From Spironucleus salmonicida (Eukaryota), in assembly GCF_000497125.1 (NCBI RefSeq), contig NC_090599.1, positions 1,364,001 to 1,428,000 of the forward strand: a DNA stretch of 64,000 nt, in the 5' to 3' direction. Below are positions 25,153 through 37,839 of the stretch, piece by piece. Every line of letters begins with the position of its first letter. The stretch's first letter is position 1. A program made the position numbers and the translations under genes. The notes below the pieces were generated by a model. The model was not told the origin of the DNA. It made no database searches and worked only from the letters and a program-made list of their open reading frames with translations.

Positions 25153-26493
25153 ATGTCACTTTTAGATATTTGTAAAAAATCATATTAAGATTTTCTTTCT
25201 ACAAATTAATTACAAGCCGCAGTACTATTAGATGGGGTATAGCATTTTGCAGTTTTTTAAAATGTTTGTTACGTTGATGAAAATTCACCATCACCAGTTC
25301 AGGCCGCAGTATTACTTATAGCTCTTCAAAAACTATACTTAGATTTGAAAATTACCCCATAAGATCGTAGAGAGATTTACAAAAACATGAATAAGATTTA
25401 CCGTCAAGTCGTTGAGGAAACAAAAACTGAACAGCTCGAAGCAGCTATAATGGTGGATTTCGCCTTATCTATTGTAAATGCAAAAGAACCTGAGAATAAC
25501 TTCTCCCATACACCATAACTAGCAAACCGAGAATATTAAATCACAGCTTTTTATATGACAGCAAAAATGGAAGATTTCGTGGATCTAAATGATTGGGAAG
25601 ACGAAATCAACTCATTTTAATACCAAAAACCTAGCTATATCAAAAAATTCGAAATATATCCCATCAAAGAAGGGAACTGTGAGGTATTAACTGCAAACAA
25701 TTACGAAATACCTGAAATTTGGCAAAAAGAAGAGAAAAACATAATAGAAGCGAAAATAGATCTACTCAACTCCCAGATAACCACAGAGTATCAAAACCAC
25801 CCATTCACAACCAGCAACCATCAGCTCAAAATTGACCCAAAAATTAACTTTTTCTACCCCAGAAAACAACTTTTTGACGCTGATTTCGTAGCCGCGATTT
25901 CAAAGCAAACGGCCATCCAGCCAGTCGTGAAACTAAGCAAATTGAAGCATCAAAAATTTTACTTTTTGATTCCTAAAAACTCTGATTCTAACGAATTCGA
26001 CGAGCGCAATTTCTTCTACTTCTTAACAAAGGGAAAGTACGTGAGTTTCAACTCAATTTCTGCGTTTGGAAGAACGTGGAGCGACTAGAAAAAGGACTCG
26101 GAAGAGGGCAAAAATATTGTCCCGGAGGTCGTTCTGGACGCTGCAAATTTGCACGTGAAGATTGGAAGTGTTGATATCACTTTTATTAGTTAATTTGAAA
26201 AGTACAAATAGAACGACGTAGTAAAAATGAAGGGAATTAGAAAGTACTTCATTGAGGAGGGGCGGCTCATCGGGCTGATTCAGAGCGAGAGTGTTTTGAA
26301 AGAATTGCAGCAAAACGCTATTTACAATGATGATGTTTTCAAACTTGCTGCGGAACACAAAATGAGTGTTTTCAACTTTTTCAGGGATGAAAGCAAGTAG
26401 GGGGTGAACTACTTCAAAATCTATAAAACTAACGAAGAGAACGTGGCGAGCGTGAAGAAAATATGGAAATTGCTGATGCAAAGGATTCAGTGA
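25153..26493 (+). CDS. Hypothetical protein with possible Cdc73/parafibromin C-terminal domain (446 aa)
   Basis: FYFLIPKNSDSNEFDERNFFYFLTKGKYV...GRLIGLIQ...VKKIWKLLMQRIQ* parallels the Cdc73 C-domain pattern. The CDS itself is clear; the product is tentative. Confidence 0.5.
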
Positions 26494-26503
26494 AATTATT
26501 TGT

Positions 26504-29500
26504 TCACTCAGTTTCTAGTTTTGGCAGGGTAATTTGCATTTATTACATTTTTAGCCGCTAGCTGATTACTTATCTATTTTAAAGTTTCAATACCACTTCT
26601 TTATACTTCTGAAGATCAGTCACTTGCTCCTTTGCTTTTGCTATTAATTTCTCTTCGCGAAGTTTCGCTTGTTCATAAATCAGCTAGATTTTCTCCTTCG
26701 ATTACTGCATTAATCGGTCAAATTTCTCTTATAATTCATTATATTTGCTCTCATAATTTTCAGTATTTGCTAACTGGTGTGGTACTTAAAGTAGATCTTA
26801 AGAAGATTCTTAAACGATTTTATCATTCTGTTAAACTTAGCTCTCAGAGTCATCAGACACGCTTTATAAAAGTTGTTCAAATGCTTAAATTGACCTGTTC
26901 ATATTGTCTACTTCAGTTTAAATATTGCATGATATATTTGAATTTTCCTATTATAGTGAATCCACCTCTTATTGAAGTGTTTATATTGATATTTTATATT
27001 AATTAGCATTTTCTTCTAGAATAAAAATTTTATTTAGAGAGGATTACGACTACTCGCTCAAAGTATTGCAAGATTATTGTAATTATTAATTTAGCATTTC
27101 TAATTAAGATTTTTCTATTTATGTTTTGGTAACTATCATTTGTTAAATGTTTTAATACTCGTTGATTTGTGATAATAAGCTTTTACAAGTAACACAATCA
27201 AAACGCTATGGTACAGTTTAAATTTCTTAGGTCAATAAAAATGGTGAAGAATCAGATTGAGTATTAGTATCTTAAAATTCAAGTGTATCAGTTTACTAAA
27301 AGAAGTTATTGGAGCAAATATTAAGTTAAGTATAAATACCTTTATCAATGTTACTTAGCTCGGATTAAACAATTTAGTCTATATACTTGCACTCAATTTA
27401 ACATGAAAAAGAATTTTATTAAATTGCTTGCAATTCTTATTCTGTTGTTTAAATCATAATACTAGTTTGGCATGCTAAAGAAGCGTTAATTTATTCGCAT
27501 TACATTATTTGAGAAGTATTTTGACATAAACTTTGAACAGAGACCTCTTAATAATTTTTTTCACACTATTAATCCGCACTATTATACGCTAAATTGTTTA
27601 CATATGATGTTTAATGACTACAAACAGATATTTATGCTTATATTTCAACATTTTTCTACTCTTCAGATGATATTTAACAATATTATGATTGTAAAGACAA
27701 TTTGTATTACTACTCTTTATTTGTAGTTTAATTTTTTTCAGTTTGCATCCCATTAGACTTATCTATTATAGAATGTCCAATTTTCTTTTCTTATTATTGA
27801 TATTAGTTATTAGTGGTTGTTTTTAGGATTGACTATGTTTCTGATAGATCAATTGCACATAACTAAGTTTTATTTATAGCTGAATCTTATATAAATGTTT
27901 TATCTTATTTGTTATGAGGTTAAATAGTTTTCGCCAAATCAATATCTATTGTATCATCTTAATTATTAAAGATTTATTTAAATAGGTCTAATTTTTTTAT
28001 TGTTGGTAATGTATTACTTGTATTTTGTGCTATAGGACTAAAAATTAAATTATTCGATTCAATTTTTCTTATTGGACTTGATAAAAGGCACTAAGTACTC
28101 CGCATTGTAGTCTACAGTTATGGATCTAATTAAGATGCTATTGACTATTTTGTAGTTTAAATATTATTAGATATTTACGATACCTCTTCATTAATATGCA
28201 AGGTTTAATTATCCTAATAATTTAATTAAGTTTTTTGTGTTTCCGCATGCTATATATTACTTTAAATGGTTTGTAGTGACTTATCTTGTATTGATAATTA
28301 TTTAATACATAAAATGCTAACATCCTATAAATTATTAGATATTGAAGTTTGTAAATCCATATTTTTACAAGAAATAAATGCCTGTCCTTAAAAATCACAC
28401 TAATGTGTTACTTCTTATTCAGGTATATAATCAACAATTTAAGATGAAATGTTTGATGTTTAATTGATTTAAGATCGCTGACTTAAATTTATAGAAGATA
28501 TGTCACATTATTCATTAAATGATATTCCGTTATAGATATTAATAACCGATGTATTTACTGCTTAATCTATTAAATTTTCAATATTATCTAACTCAATTTT
28601 AGAAGTTTATATAAAAAGCGATATTTAATCTATCTAAACCCAAGTCTATCTATCTTCTTTCTATATTTTTGTATAAATATCTAATTATTTTTATATTTCA
28701 TTCATTTAAATCGTAACCTCATTAAATCGCTATTTTTCATAAAAGTATTTCTAATCAAAATCTTTTTATAATTCTTCTGAAACTAAAAGTATCTCATCTA
28801 AAGTTTTTAAGTCTTATTATTGTTAAATTTCTTCTTTTTCCAGTTTAAGTTAGGTAATTAATATCTATAAACTTTGTATCTCTTATTCTGTTATATTTTC
28901 TTATGCCCCAAAAGATACTTTATTCGGTGGTTCTGAAAGATTATCTAATGAAAGATAAGATCCTTCGCATAAGGATAGTTTTTATGATGAATTAATTATT
29001 GAATCATTGTTAATACTGAGATTAGATAAATTAGCCATACTTTCTGAAAAAATTCCAATTTAAGATTCTAAATCTTTTATCTTAAGTTTTAACTACTTAT
29101 TTTATGAAATAGCTTTTTCTAATTTTTCAGCTTCTGTATAGAATTCATTAATTTTAGCTTTATTTATTACTTTGGTTGCTCTTGACAGAAATCTCATAGT
29201 ATTAATTGATTCATCAATATGCGTAAAATCTGGTGAAATACAACCAATAATATAAGATAATGCATTACCGCCTAATGAATTCTGTAGGAGTCTCGTAAGT
29301 TTCGAATCTCTATAAGGAATAAATTATTAATTATTAGCTAGTGCGTTAATAACAATACCTAAAGTCAATAAACTTTAATTTATAGCATTAGCTTCTTTAA
29401 GGCGTTAACCTTGTGCGTTTGTTTTAATCTATTTTTCAGAACCTGCTAAATCCACCAGTGTCAATACTGATGATTTATTAATTTTAAAAGTTTTTCTTTT

Positions 29501-30148
29501 CTAATTAGGAATAAGTGGTATATCTGCCTACTCTAAAACTAATCTTATAATGGCATGTGATCTTGATGATGTTTCATTAAGATTAGTATCAGAAGTGGTT
29601 CTTCTTGCTTAACCTTAACTAATTAGAGTTAAACATTGTTCAACAGAGGTTACCTTTGGTTCCTCTACATTTTATAGTACAATATTACCTTAGTCTTCAC
29701 GAATCACTGGTATTTTTTTAGTTGTTGATAATAAATCTACTAAATTTTCATTATATAATTCTATAAATTATATCTTAACTTTAAAAGGTGTATTATTTAC
29801 CTTCTCGAATATATCTTATAAAACAAGTTAAATAATCCCACGATCTTGTTAATTACCAAACATTGTATGAGTTTTACCTGCAGAGGATTATCCATAAGCT
29901 AGAAGGGTACAATTAAGTCCATCATATACTTAAGATGCTATTTACTATAACTATTACTCATACATAAAGCTATTAGCTATAGTTTGATCATATATAGTTT
30001 AAAACTAGAATTGTGACTATTGTTATTAAGTTTGTTATTTAGTTGGTAATAATTAAATAATATTATCATCAATAGTCCATGCATATTCTTTTTCTTATTT
30101 TACAAGTGGTCTTAATCGAAGCAAAACTGTAGTAGTCTATTAGGTCAT
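26504..30148 (-). CDS. Kinesin motor protein with long coiled-coil tail, kinesin-7/CENP-E-like (~1214 aa)
   Basis: LRLRPL, YGQSSAGKTHTM, NETSSRSH, LVDLAGSE, IPYRDSKLTRLLQNSLGGNA. The same frame continues to ...TLPKLETE* (spot-checked). Confidence 0.88.
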
Positions 30149-30229
30149 AATGAAAATTTGTATCAAAACTTAGTATTTAAGACATAATAATAAAATATAT
30201 TATATATCCTTTTCTATTTTCATTTCTAA

Positions 30230-32947
30230 ATGGAGTTACTTGAAGAAGACTTTCGTATTGATAACTAGTTCTCTGAGTCAGATAATGAATAAGTATCAAA
30301 AAATCCACTGATAGCTGCTGGATTATCTGAAGATTAGGCTGCTCATGTTAGAAAATTAGGCTTTCATAAGTTGACAGATATTTAAAAATAGTCACTACCA
30401 TTGTTATGTGCTGGATCTTCAGCAATAATAGTATCAAGAACTGGTTCTGGTAAAACATTAGCATACTCTTTGCCGATATTAAAGAAGCTTATTGAGCATA
30501 GAGGCATAGCTGGTATAAGATCTATTATATTAGCACCAACCAGAGAACTAGCACTTTAAATTACTAGAGTTATTCGTTAACTTTCTAGCTATAGTTCTGA
30601 TCCTTTACGAATTGCGTTACTGACAGGTGGAGATTCTTTGGAATAATAATTTGAAGTTTTAGCTAATAATCCTGATATTATTGTTGCAACACCAGGTCGA
30701 CTACTTTTCCATATAGAATAAGTACCTTAGCTCGAAGGTTTGCTTAAAACTGTAGAATATATGGTAATTGATGAAGCAGATTAAATGTTTGAATAATAAC
30801 TTTTACCTTAGGTTCAAGATATTATAGCAAAGCTTAAATAACCATAAACAGTTCTATGCTCAGCAACATTACCAACTTAGTTATCTGATTTTACCAAAGC
30901 TTGTATGAAATCTCCTAAACTTATTTAAGCAGAAAGTGAATCATTACCAGACGAACTTACTTCTGTTCATATTTTATGTGGTAGAGATGACAAATTATCA
31001 TCCTTTTTACATATATTTAGAGAAGTTATGCCCCTTAAATGGCGTGTTCTTATGTTTGTGAGTACTAGATATCATGCTGAATATATACATGAAGTACTAT
31101 CCGGTCTTGGAATTAAATCATCACCTCTTTACGGAACAATGGATCAAGAGTAAAGAAATCTTACACTTGCTGCATTTAAAACACGTCAAACACGTGTATT
31201 GATAGCCACAGACGTAGCAGCAAGAGGTGTAGATATAGAACAATTGGAATGTGTAGTTAATTTTAATTTCCCATTTAATTCTCGTGTGTATCTTCATCGT
31301 GGAGGTCGTGCTGCCAGAGCTGGCAAATTTGGCCTATATTTAAATCTTATTGATTAGGATGAGTTTCCTTATTTACTAGATGCTTTATTGCATGCTTAAC
31401 TACCAATTTAATATGATGGAGAACAAATTTCAGTATGGGAAGACGTTAATAAAAAACTCCTTTCTTGCTCTGTATAATTTGACTTTTAAAAACTTAACTT
31501 CAATGTAGAAGATGGGAAAATGCTAAAATATGAGTTTAAAAAGTATATTGCTAGTTACTTTGAGGAAAACTTATAGTAATTGATCAAGGAAACTGTTGAG
31601 ACTCGCAAAATTGAAAAAACTGAAGCTGAGGTTTATTTAGCCTTACAATTCAAACGCTTATATCAAGATATTGGTAGCATGGTAGCTGGATTAGAATATG
31701 AAGCAATACAAAAGATTCGTTAATATTTAATATTTTGTAAAAATGCATAAGAATTAGGTAATTCTCCATATTAATTCTCATCGTATGTCGGAAAACTATC
31801 AAAATCACTTGGATCCGTTATTGGATCTATTCCTTAGTAATTAGTAGATACCCAAACGTCTAGGCTTTAAAACACTCGTATAAATGAAGATCCACAATTA
31901 ATTCTTCTATAAGGCTCAATCAAAAATTCACTATAATAGTTGAATAAATAGAAACGGTCTGCAACATTCTAATCATTCTAGCGTGCCAAATAGATTAGTG
32001 CTTCATGCGGTTTCCATCCTGTATTCGCGTAATTTTATAAAATTAAGTAAACAACTTTTGGGGAGCAGAAAGCAAGATTAGATATTATATAGAATTTTAA
32101 AATCACCACTGATGAATTACTAAAGAAAGCCAGCGATGGTGATGAATCAGCATCAGTTTAACTGAAAGTTCGTCGTCTCATAGAAAAGAAACGTCGTATT
32201 GATGACGCAACTAAATAATAAATATTTGGCGAAAAGACAACTGAAAGCTAGTGGTGCATGGAAGGTCTAGGTTTAAATACACCACAAATGGTCCGTGAGT
32301 TAGACGAAAAAATAAAGAAAGCGGTAGGTACAGATGACAGGCAACTACTAGTTTAACGTAAAGCTAGTAAATAAGCAATTTAGATAAAGGATATTGCAGC
32401 TGATTTAATTGATGATGAAAATCTAAGACCATCTGGGCCTAAAAAGATATGGGATAGTGTTAAAGGGCGCTGGGTGAGTATTGAAAGTCAAAACAAAGCA
32501 CATAAAGAAAAGGATACATTAAAAATGGATCACAGTGGCTAGTGGCAAAAAGTAGAAAAAGAGAAGTAATTTTATCAGAAATGGGTTAAGAAATCTAAGA
32601 CATAAGTATCAATTGCCGGATCACGTGAAGAAAATACTCATCGTGATAAATTTATTGGCTAGGGTGAGGGGCGTGTATAAAAACGTATTCTAACATAAAA
32701 AGCTACTGCAGGTACTTAACCTAAAGCAGTGGTGACAACTTATTAAGATAAACAACTTTTAGATCGTTAATTAGATGGGAAAGCAGCTAAGAAAAAAACA
32801 GAAACTAAGGCAAGTCGAATGAGTAAGGTGGCATAAAAGATAAAAACATAAGGCAAAGATTATCATAAAGAACTGGATAGAAAGCGGGCAAAAGGTAAAC
32901 GTGTGGAAGATAATAAATGGCGTAATATGATCAAACGGTCAAAGTGA
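30230..32947 (+). CDS. DBP10: DEAD-box helicase DDX54/Dbp10 (905 aa)
   Basis: RTGSGKT, PTRELALQ, DEAD, SAT, HRGGRAARAG. The C-terminal KKIWDSVKGRWV...YQKWVKKSK is DBP10CT-like. Confidence 0.85.
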
Positions 32948-33037
32948 TAACTAATATTTTATTTAAGTAATATTTACAGTTTCTTTATTTATAATAAAGA
33001 AAATACAAATTTTTAGTTGAAGCGAAGTTTCATATCG

Positions 33038-33399
33038 CCTCCAAGCTCCTTCAGGGCTGCGCCTTCCCGAGCGAGCCCCGCCACCCGCGTTGGGAGGTCC
33101 CGGACTGGAATGAGGCGTTCCGGCGCTTCCGACAGGCCGAGACGCCCCGGGACGCTCGGCGCAGGATAACGGGGGCCTTCCACGAGCTAAAGTGCCAGAT
33201 GCGGGTAGCACTGGAGGACCCCGAGTTCGCCTACCTGCGTAGCTTCACGGTGCAGCCGGCGCGGACGCATTCCATCCTACAGGAGCGTACCGACCTCTGC
33301 GCTCGCGAGGTGGAGAGGGTGATCGCGCTGCGAGTGCGCCTGGTGGCGAACTTCCACAACCTGCAGGTGTACGGGCGGCTCGGGGGGAAGGGAAAGTGA
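33038..33399 (+). pseudogene. 5'-truncated duplicate of the 21420-22094 gene
   Basis: Only the 3' ~120 codons were copied. The upstream sequence is unrelated and I saw no in-frame ATG between the DBP10 stop and the breakpoint. Confidence 0.6.
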
Positions 33400-33408
33400 G
33401 GAAATCTC

Positions 33409-34311
33409 TCAGCTCAGGCCCCATACGGCGAGGACAGCCTTCTCGAACTTGCCCGAGAGGTCGCGCTTGGTGTCTTTCACAACGTCGCCGAAGATCTTGT
33501 AGGCCTCCACCAGCTGCTAGCCGCGGAGCTGGTCGCTGAAGAGCACAGTCTGCCTTATAAGGCGGGCCTCGTCGGTGCCGGCGCCCTTATAGCTGAGGTA
33601 TAGGTTGCGGGCGATAGACTGGCGCTTGTCGAAGAGTGAGTAGTGGGCCGCGAGGAAGGCCTTCTCGGACTTCCCGGAGAACTCGCGCTTGATGACCTCG
33701 GCGACGTCCTTGCGGTACTTGCGCAGGAAGGCGTCGCATGCCTGGTGGTAGACATCTGGCTGGCAGTTGGCGAGAACCTGCATGAAGACCTGCTCGTCAG
33801 TGCCAGCTCCCTTCGCCGCCGCCCAGAGGTCGTCCGCAATCTTCTCTGGATTAGCGGGCGCGTCGTTCTTGGCGTGCAGCCAGGCCCTGATGAGTTTTGC
33901 CCAGTGGCCGATGGAGATATCGCCCTCAATGGTCTTTGTGAGGTCCTTGTTGAAGAGCTTGCGGTACTCCACCTCAACACGCTGCTGGTCCTGGTCGCTC
34001 ATGAGGAATATCATTTCGATGAGCAGCTTCTCGTCGGTGCCGGCGCCCCGCACAGCGTCGTCCAGGTACTGCGCCCACATCTGGTAGCGGCCCTTGAAGA
34101 GCTGCACCATCAGCTTCTCCAGGTGTCCGGACAGCTCCTTCTTGAGCCACTTCTCGAGCGTGTCGCCGTAGAGCCCCGCGAAGGCCTCGGCGATGGCCAG
34201 GCGTTCATCCGCCGTGTGTGAGGCCGCAACATCTATGAGGGTGGCCTCGTCCGTGCCGAGCCCCTTCATAGCCTTGTAGAGCCTCTCTGCTGCAGGTCGG
34301 TAGTCGGCCAT
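33409..34311 (-). CDS. Annexin (300 aa), copy 2
   Basis: Same translation as copy 1. Confidence 0.95.
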
Positions 34312-35159
34312 TTGATAGTGAAGTGGGTAAATTATTTCACCTCGGGCGGCTTTTATTGCGTATATACGGATATACCAGAATTTGGTCCGGTCCATCACAG
34401 ATGCGTGCCGGCCACGGGCGGGTACTCAGCAGCGGTACGGGCTGCAGTTTTCCCGTGCAGTCTCCGGATCGGAGCGATGTGTGCGGAAGCGGTCCATATA
34501 TTCCCATAGTAAAGGCCCACACGCCGGATTTAGGTGCCTGGTCTGGTGGGGACGCTTCCCACCACCTAGGTGTGAGGCAGCCGGGAGGCCCAATTAAGCT
34601 CTACATGGCATCCTGCTACGCGTCCGAGGGCGCCCTGCCGCATAGCTGCATCGAGCAATAGAGTTGCGAAGGGTCATATCGGCCTCTGTCACGGACCTGC
34701 AGCCTAGCCCGCATACCCAGCATTTATGGTGTAGCAGGAGAATCTGATGCTCTGGTGAAATGGTAATGGTGGCACGGCACGTCACCCTAACCCACGAAGA
34801 TTAGGAAGCCGATGCTTCGGTGCGCTATGGATAGTATTTAATCCACAATAAAGGTAGCTCAGCTGCGCGCTAAAGCGAGGGATGCGGTTACTCGTCCCCA
34901 CGGAGGTAGCATCGCTCACTAAAATGAAACTTAGAGATAAAATCATAAATACTTATTCACGTATAAATTACACTTACAAATATGTCAATAAGTTTTAAGC
35001 AATAATTATATAGGCTAATTAGTTATGAAGTAATTGGATAAATGCTAATTATTAACGTTTTTAATTATTATTACATTTAAAATGTGATTTTTACTTTTAA
35101 GTATATAATAATAAATAAAAGAAGTATTTTGTAAAAGGATTCCGTTTCCATTTTAAAAA

Positions 35160-36530
35160 ATGGTACTTCCAGACTCATTAATTTAAAGAGTCAAGACTTA
35201 ATTAGCACAGTCTGTTCCAGTAGGTGATATAATTAATGAAGCAAGACTATAAGGTCATTAAATATCATCTTCAACGATTTATAAAATTAGATAAACATAT
35301 ACTCCTATTGTAAATAAACCTACTTCATTTGTTGAGATTAAACCATAAAAACTACCATAATAATAGTTGTATTAACCGCCAGTGTAAATACCATAGCGGA
35401 CCGAAATAGTAAGTAAGCTACTAAATCAAGTCCCATTAAATTTTGAATAGAATTAGCCTGAATTAGGGATCGCAGCAGTAATTAATTAAAGAGCAATTGT
35501 TATTAATCTAGTGTCAGGGACTATTATATAGTAAGCTAGGGAATGGTAATTTCTAGGTAGCTCAGTAGAGGCAGAATTTAGTAAATTTGCTGGATATATA
35601 TAATTGAATAGTCCGGCAGTTGTTGTCATTGCATCGCCTTATTTTAATTAACATGAATAAATAGTTATCAATAATGAGTAAATAGATGTAAGAAATGTGA
35701 TAACTAATGTTTAACTGTTTTTAAAACATGATGCAGAAGTCGTAGCCTTAAAATATCAATCATTGTTCAAGAAAAAAATTATTTATTTACACTTCAGCTA
35801 TGATTATGTTAAAGTGTGTGTTAGAGATGATTCTTCCAGCTAAATCATACCAATTGAGCATTTTATTGTGTAAAGACATCTATAAGATAAAAGGCACGAA
35901 TCATTTTGTTAATCACATTAAGATTGTATAAGTTAATTATGTGTTGAAAAAGCGACTCGTTGTGAAGCTGATTTTGAATTTATAGCTAATTATATAGCCT
36001 AAGTTTTGTATGCTCTTTATCTTATGAATCCAACTAGCTTGTTAGTTCTAGGTGGGGAATTATTTTAAAAAAATATTTCTGATGTTAAATTGCGAATCGG
36101 AACGCCTTTAGTGAGATAAACTCCATTAAGTAACATTAATGATTTATAGTCGTCCCCTATTCTTATTGAGAATATCAGAGTCCAATTTGCTAAATATTAT
36201 GCAAATTTCGGACCAACTTTGAATTTGGCAGCAGTTATTTACTAGGCAGATGACGACTCCGTATTAAAAGGGGCGCTGCATTAAGTTCTTAAAGAATAAA
36301 AAGATTCATCTGGATCTACCCCATGTGATTTTATTTAGGCTATAGCAAATATGAGCCCTCAAATGGGATATGGATTATAATAGTATTCGAGCCCTACTAT
36401 ATACAAAAGCTAAACGGGTCTGCTTAGATTTGAAACAGCAAGCGTATTTAATAGAACCCCAGCACTAGACAACTTAGTTAAAAATTATGATGAAGATCGA
36501 TCGGACAACTCGACTCCAAAATTCGGGTGA
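35160..36530 (+). CDS. ROK-family-like protein with N-terminal HTH (NagC/XylR-type architecture), 456 aa
   Basis: HTH-like VGDIINEARLQGHQISSSTIYKIR. ROK-like motifs in order: VINLVSGTII, VVVIASP, LFLKHDAEVVAL, IIYLHFS, IEHFIV...CQSHQDC, YIAQVLYALYLMNPTSLLVLGG, DDDSVLKGA. Confidence 0.6.
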
Positions 36531-36586
36531 ATATTCTTTTATTATAATATATTTTTAATGTAATATACCATTCCGCAATTTAAATA

Positions 36587-37723
36587 ATGTTAGATTCCTC
36601 TCGACCTGAGCCATTTGTAGCTCTATGTCCCCATAGATTGCCACTTCCACCTCTATTAGCATCATAGACACCATTAGATGCTGGGAAATCTTCATCTAGA
36701 CCGTTTGGAAGAAAATAATTGTAACCTTTACCTTGTTTAACAGCAGTAGACCCACCTTTATTATAATCAGTGAAGGAAAAGAAAACACTTGTTGATCCCC
36801 ATGATATACTAGCTTAACCAAAACTTAATATGGCAGACTTAATAAACCTAGCCCAGGCATGTTAGCGCTCGCAAAGACCACTTGCTGAAGCTTTAGCGTA
36901 CTGGAATGCTGCAATTGAGCATGAAAATGCGGGTCTTCACGTAATAGCATAATCATTCTTCGAAAAATTCATTGCTCCTTGTAGAAGGGCCTAATATACC
37001 CCTGGGGTTGTTACAGGGCTTTCATCTATTTCAGCATCACTATTTTTATAGGGAAATTATAAAGAGTCCGTTTAAACTTGTGAGCAAGCACTCTAATTAT
37101 TAGATGAGACTACGGAAGTTGTCTAAAAAACATCAGGAGGCTGGCTTACCTCTAACTATTTGGCAGCGTCTTTATTACTTAACATTGGATTATCTTTTCT
37201 TTAACTTTTTGATTATGAAGCTGCAACTTTAGCATTTGCACGTGCACTCTAGCATGCGCTTTAAACTTAGGACAAAAACTGCGAAGGTGCTATTTGTGCT
37301 TCACAAGCTATTTGTAATGCCCTCTCAGGCGATTTTCAAAAGGTAGATTCTTGCCTTGATCGTTATATCGAAATAACATAAATTTAGGAGACAGGATTAG
37401 AGACAACTTTGGGATTAAAATCTCTCAAATTAGTATAATAAAATCAAGTATCGCAAACGTTAAGCGATAGCGTTAGACAGGCAACTTTAAATGCATGTGT
37501 ATGCTTCCTTAGAATTGGGGCGATGGCTCGTGTTCATGGTGATTTTTAACGGGCGCGTCATTTTTGCTAAAGAGCTTACAATGTTGGAATCGTTTATGGA
37601 TTCTAAAAATGTGCAGTTTAAGCTGGGGTTAGTGTCGGGGTGTGTGAAGCTGAAATCGACGATATAGAGGCAGGTTAGAATGGAGATATTAAAGAGATTG
37701 TAGAATTTTGGGAAGTCGAGTGA
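36587..37723 (+). CDS. TPR-repeat protein (378 aa)
   Basis: Helical repeats such as LQGNYKESVQTCEQALQL, NIGLSFLQLFDYEAATLAFARAL and HGDFQRARHFCQRAYNV. Confidence 0.75.
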
Positions 37724-37839
37724 AAAATTTATTTTGAAGTTGGAGAGTATTATATGATATATTTCTAATATGAGGTTAGAATTGGTGATATTATACGTAA
37801 TTAAATAAAAACAAATTGGTATACTATAATAATTATCAA

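Larger units (their letters stand above)
33038..34941 (-). repeat. Inverted segmental duplication, copy 2 (annexin cassette)
   Basis: Reverse complement of 19878-21781. Confidence 0.95.
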
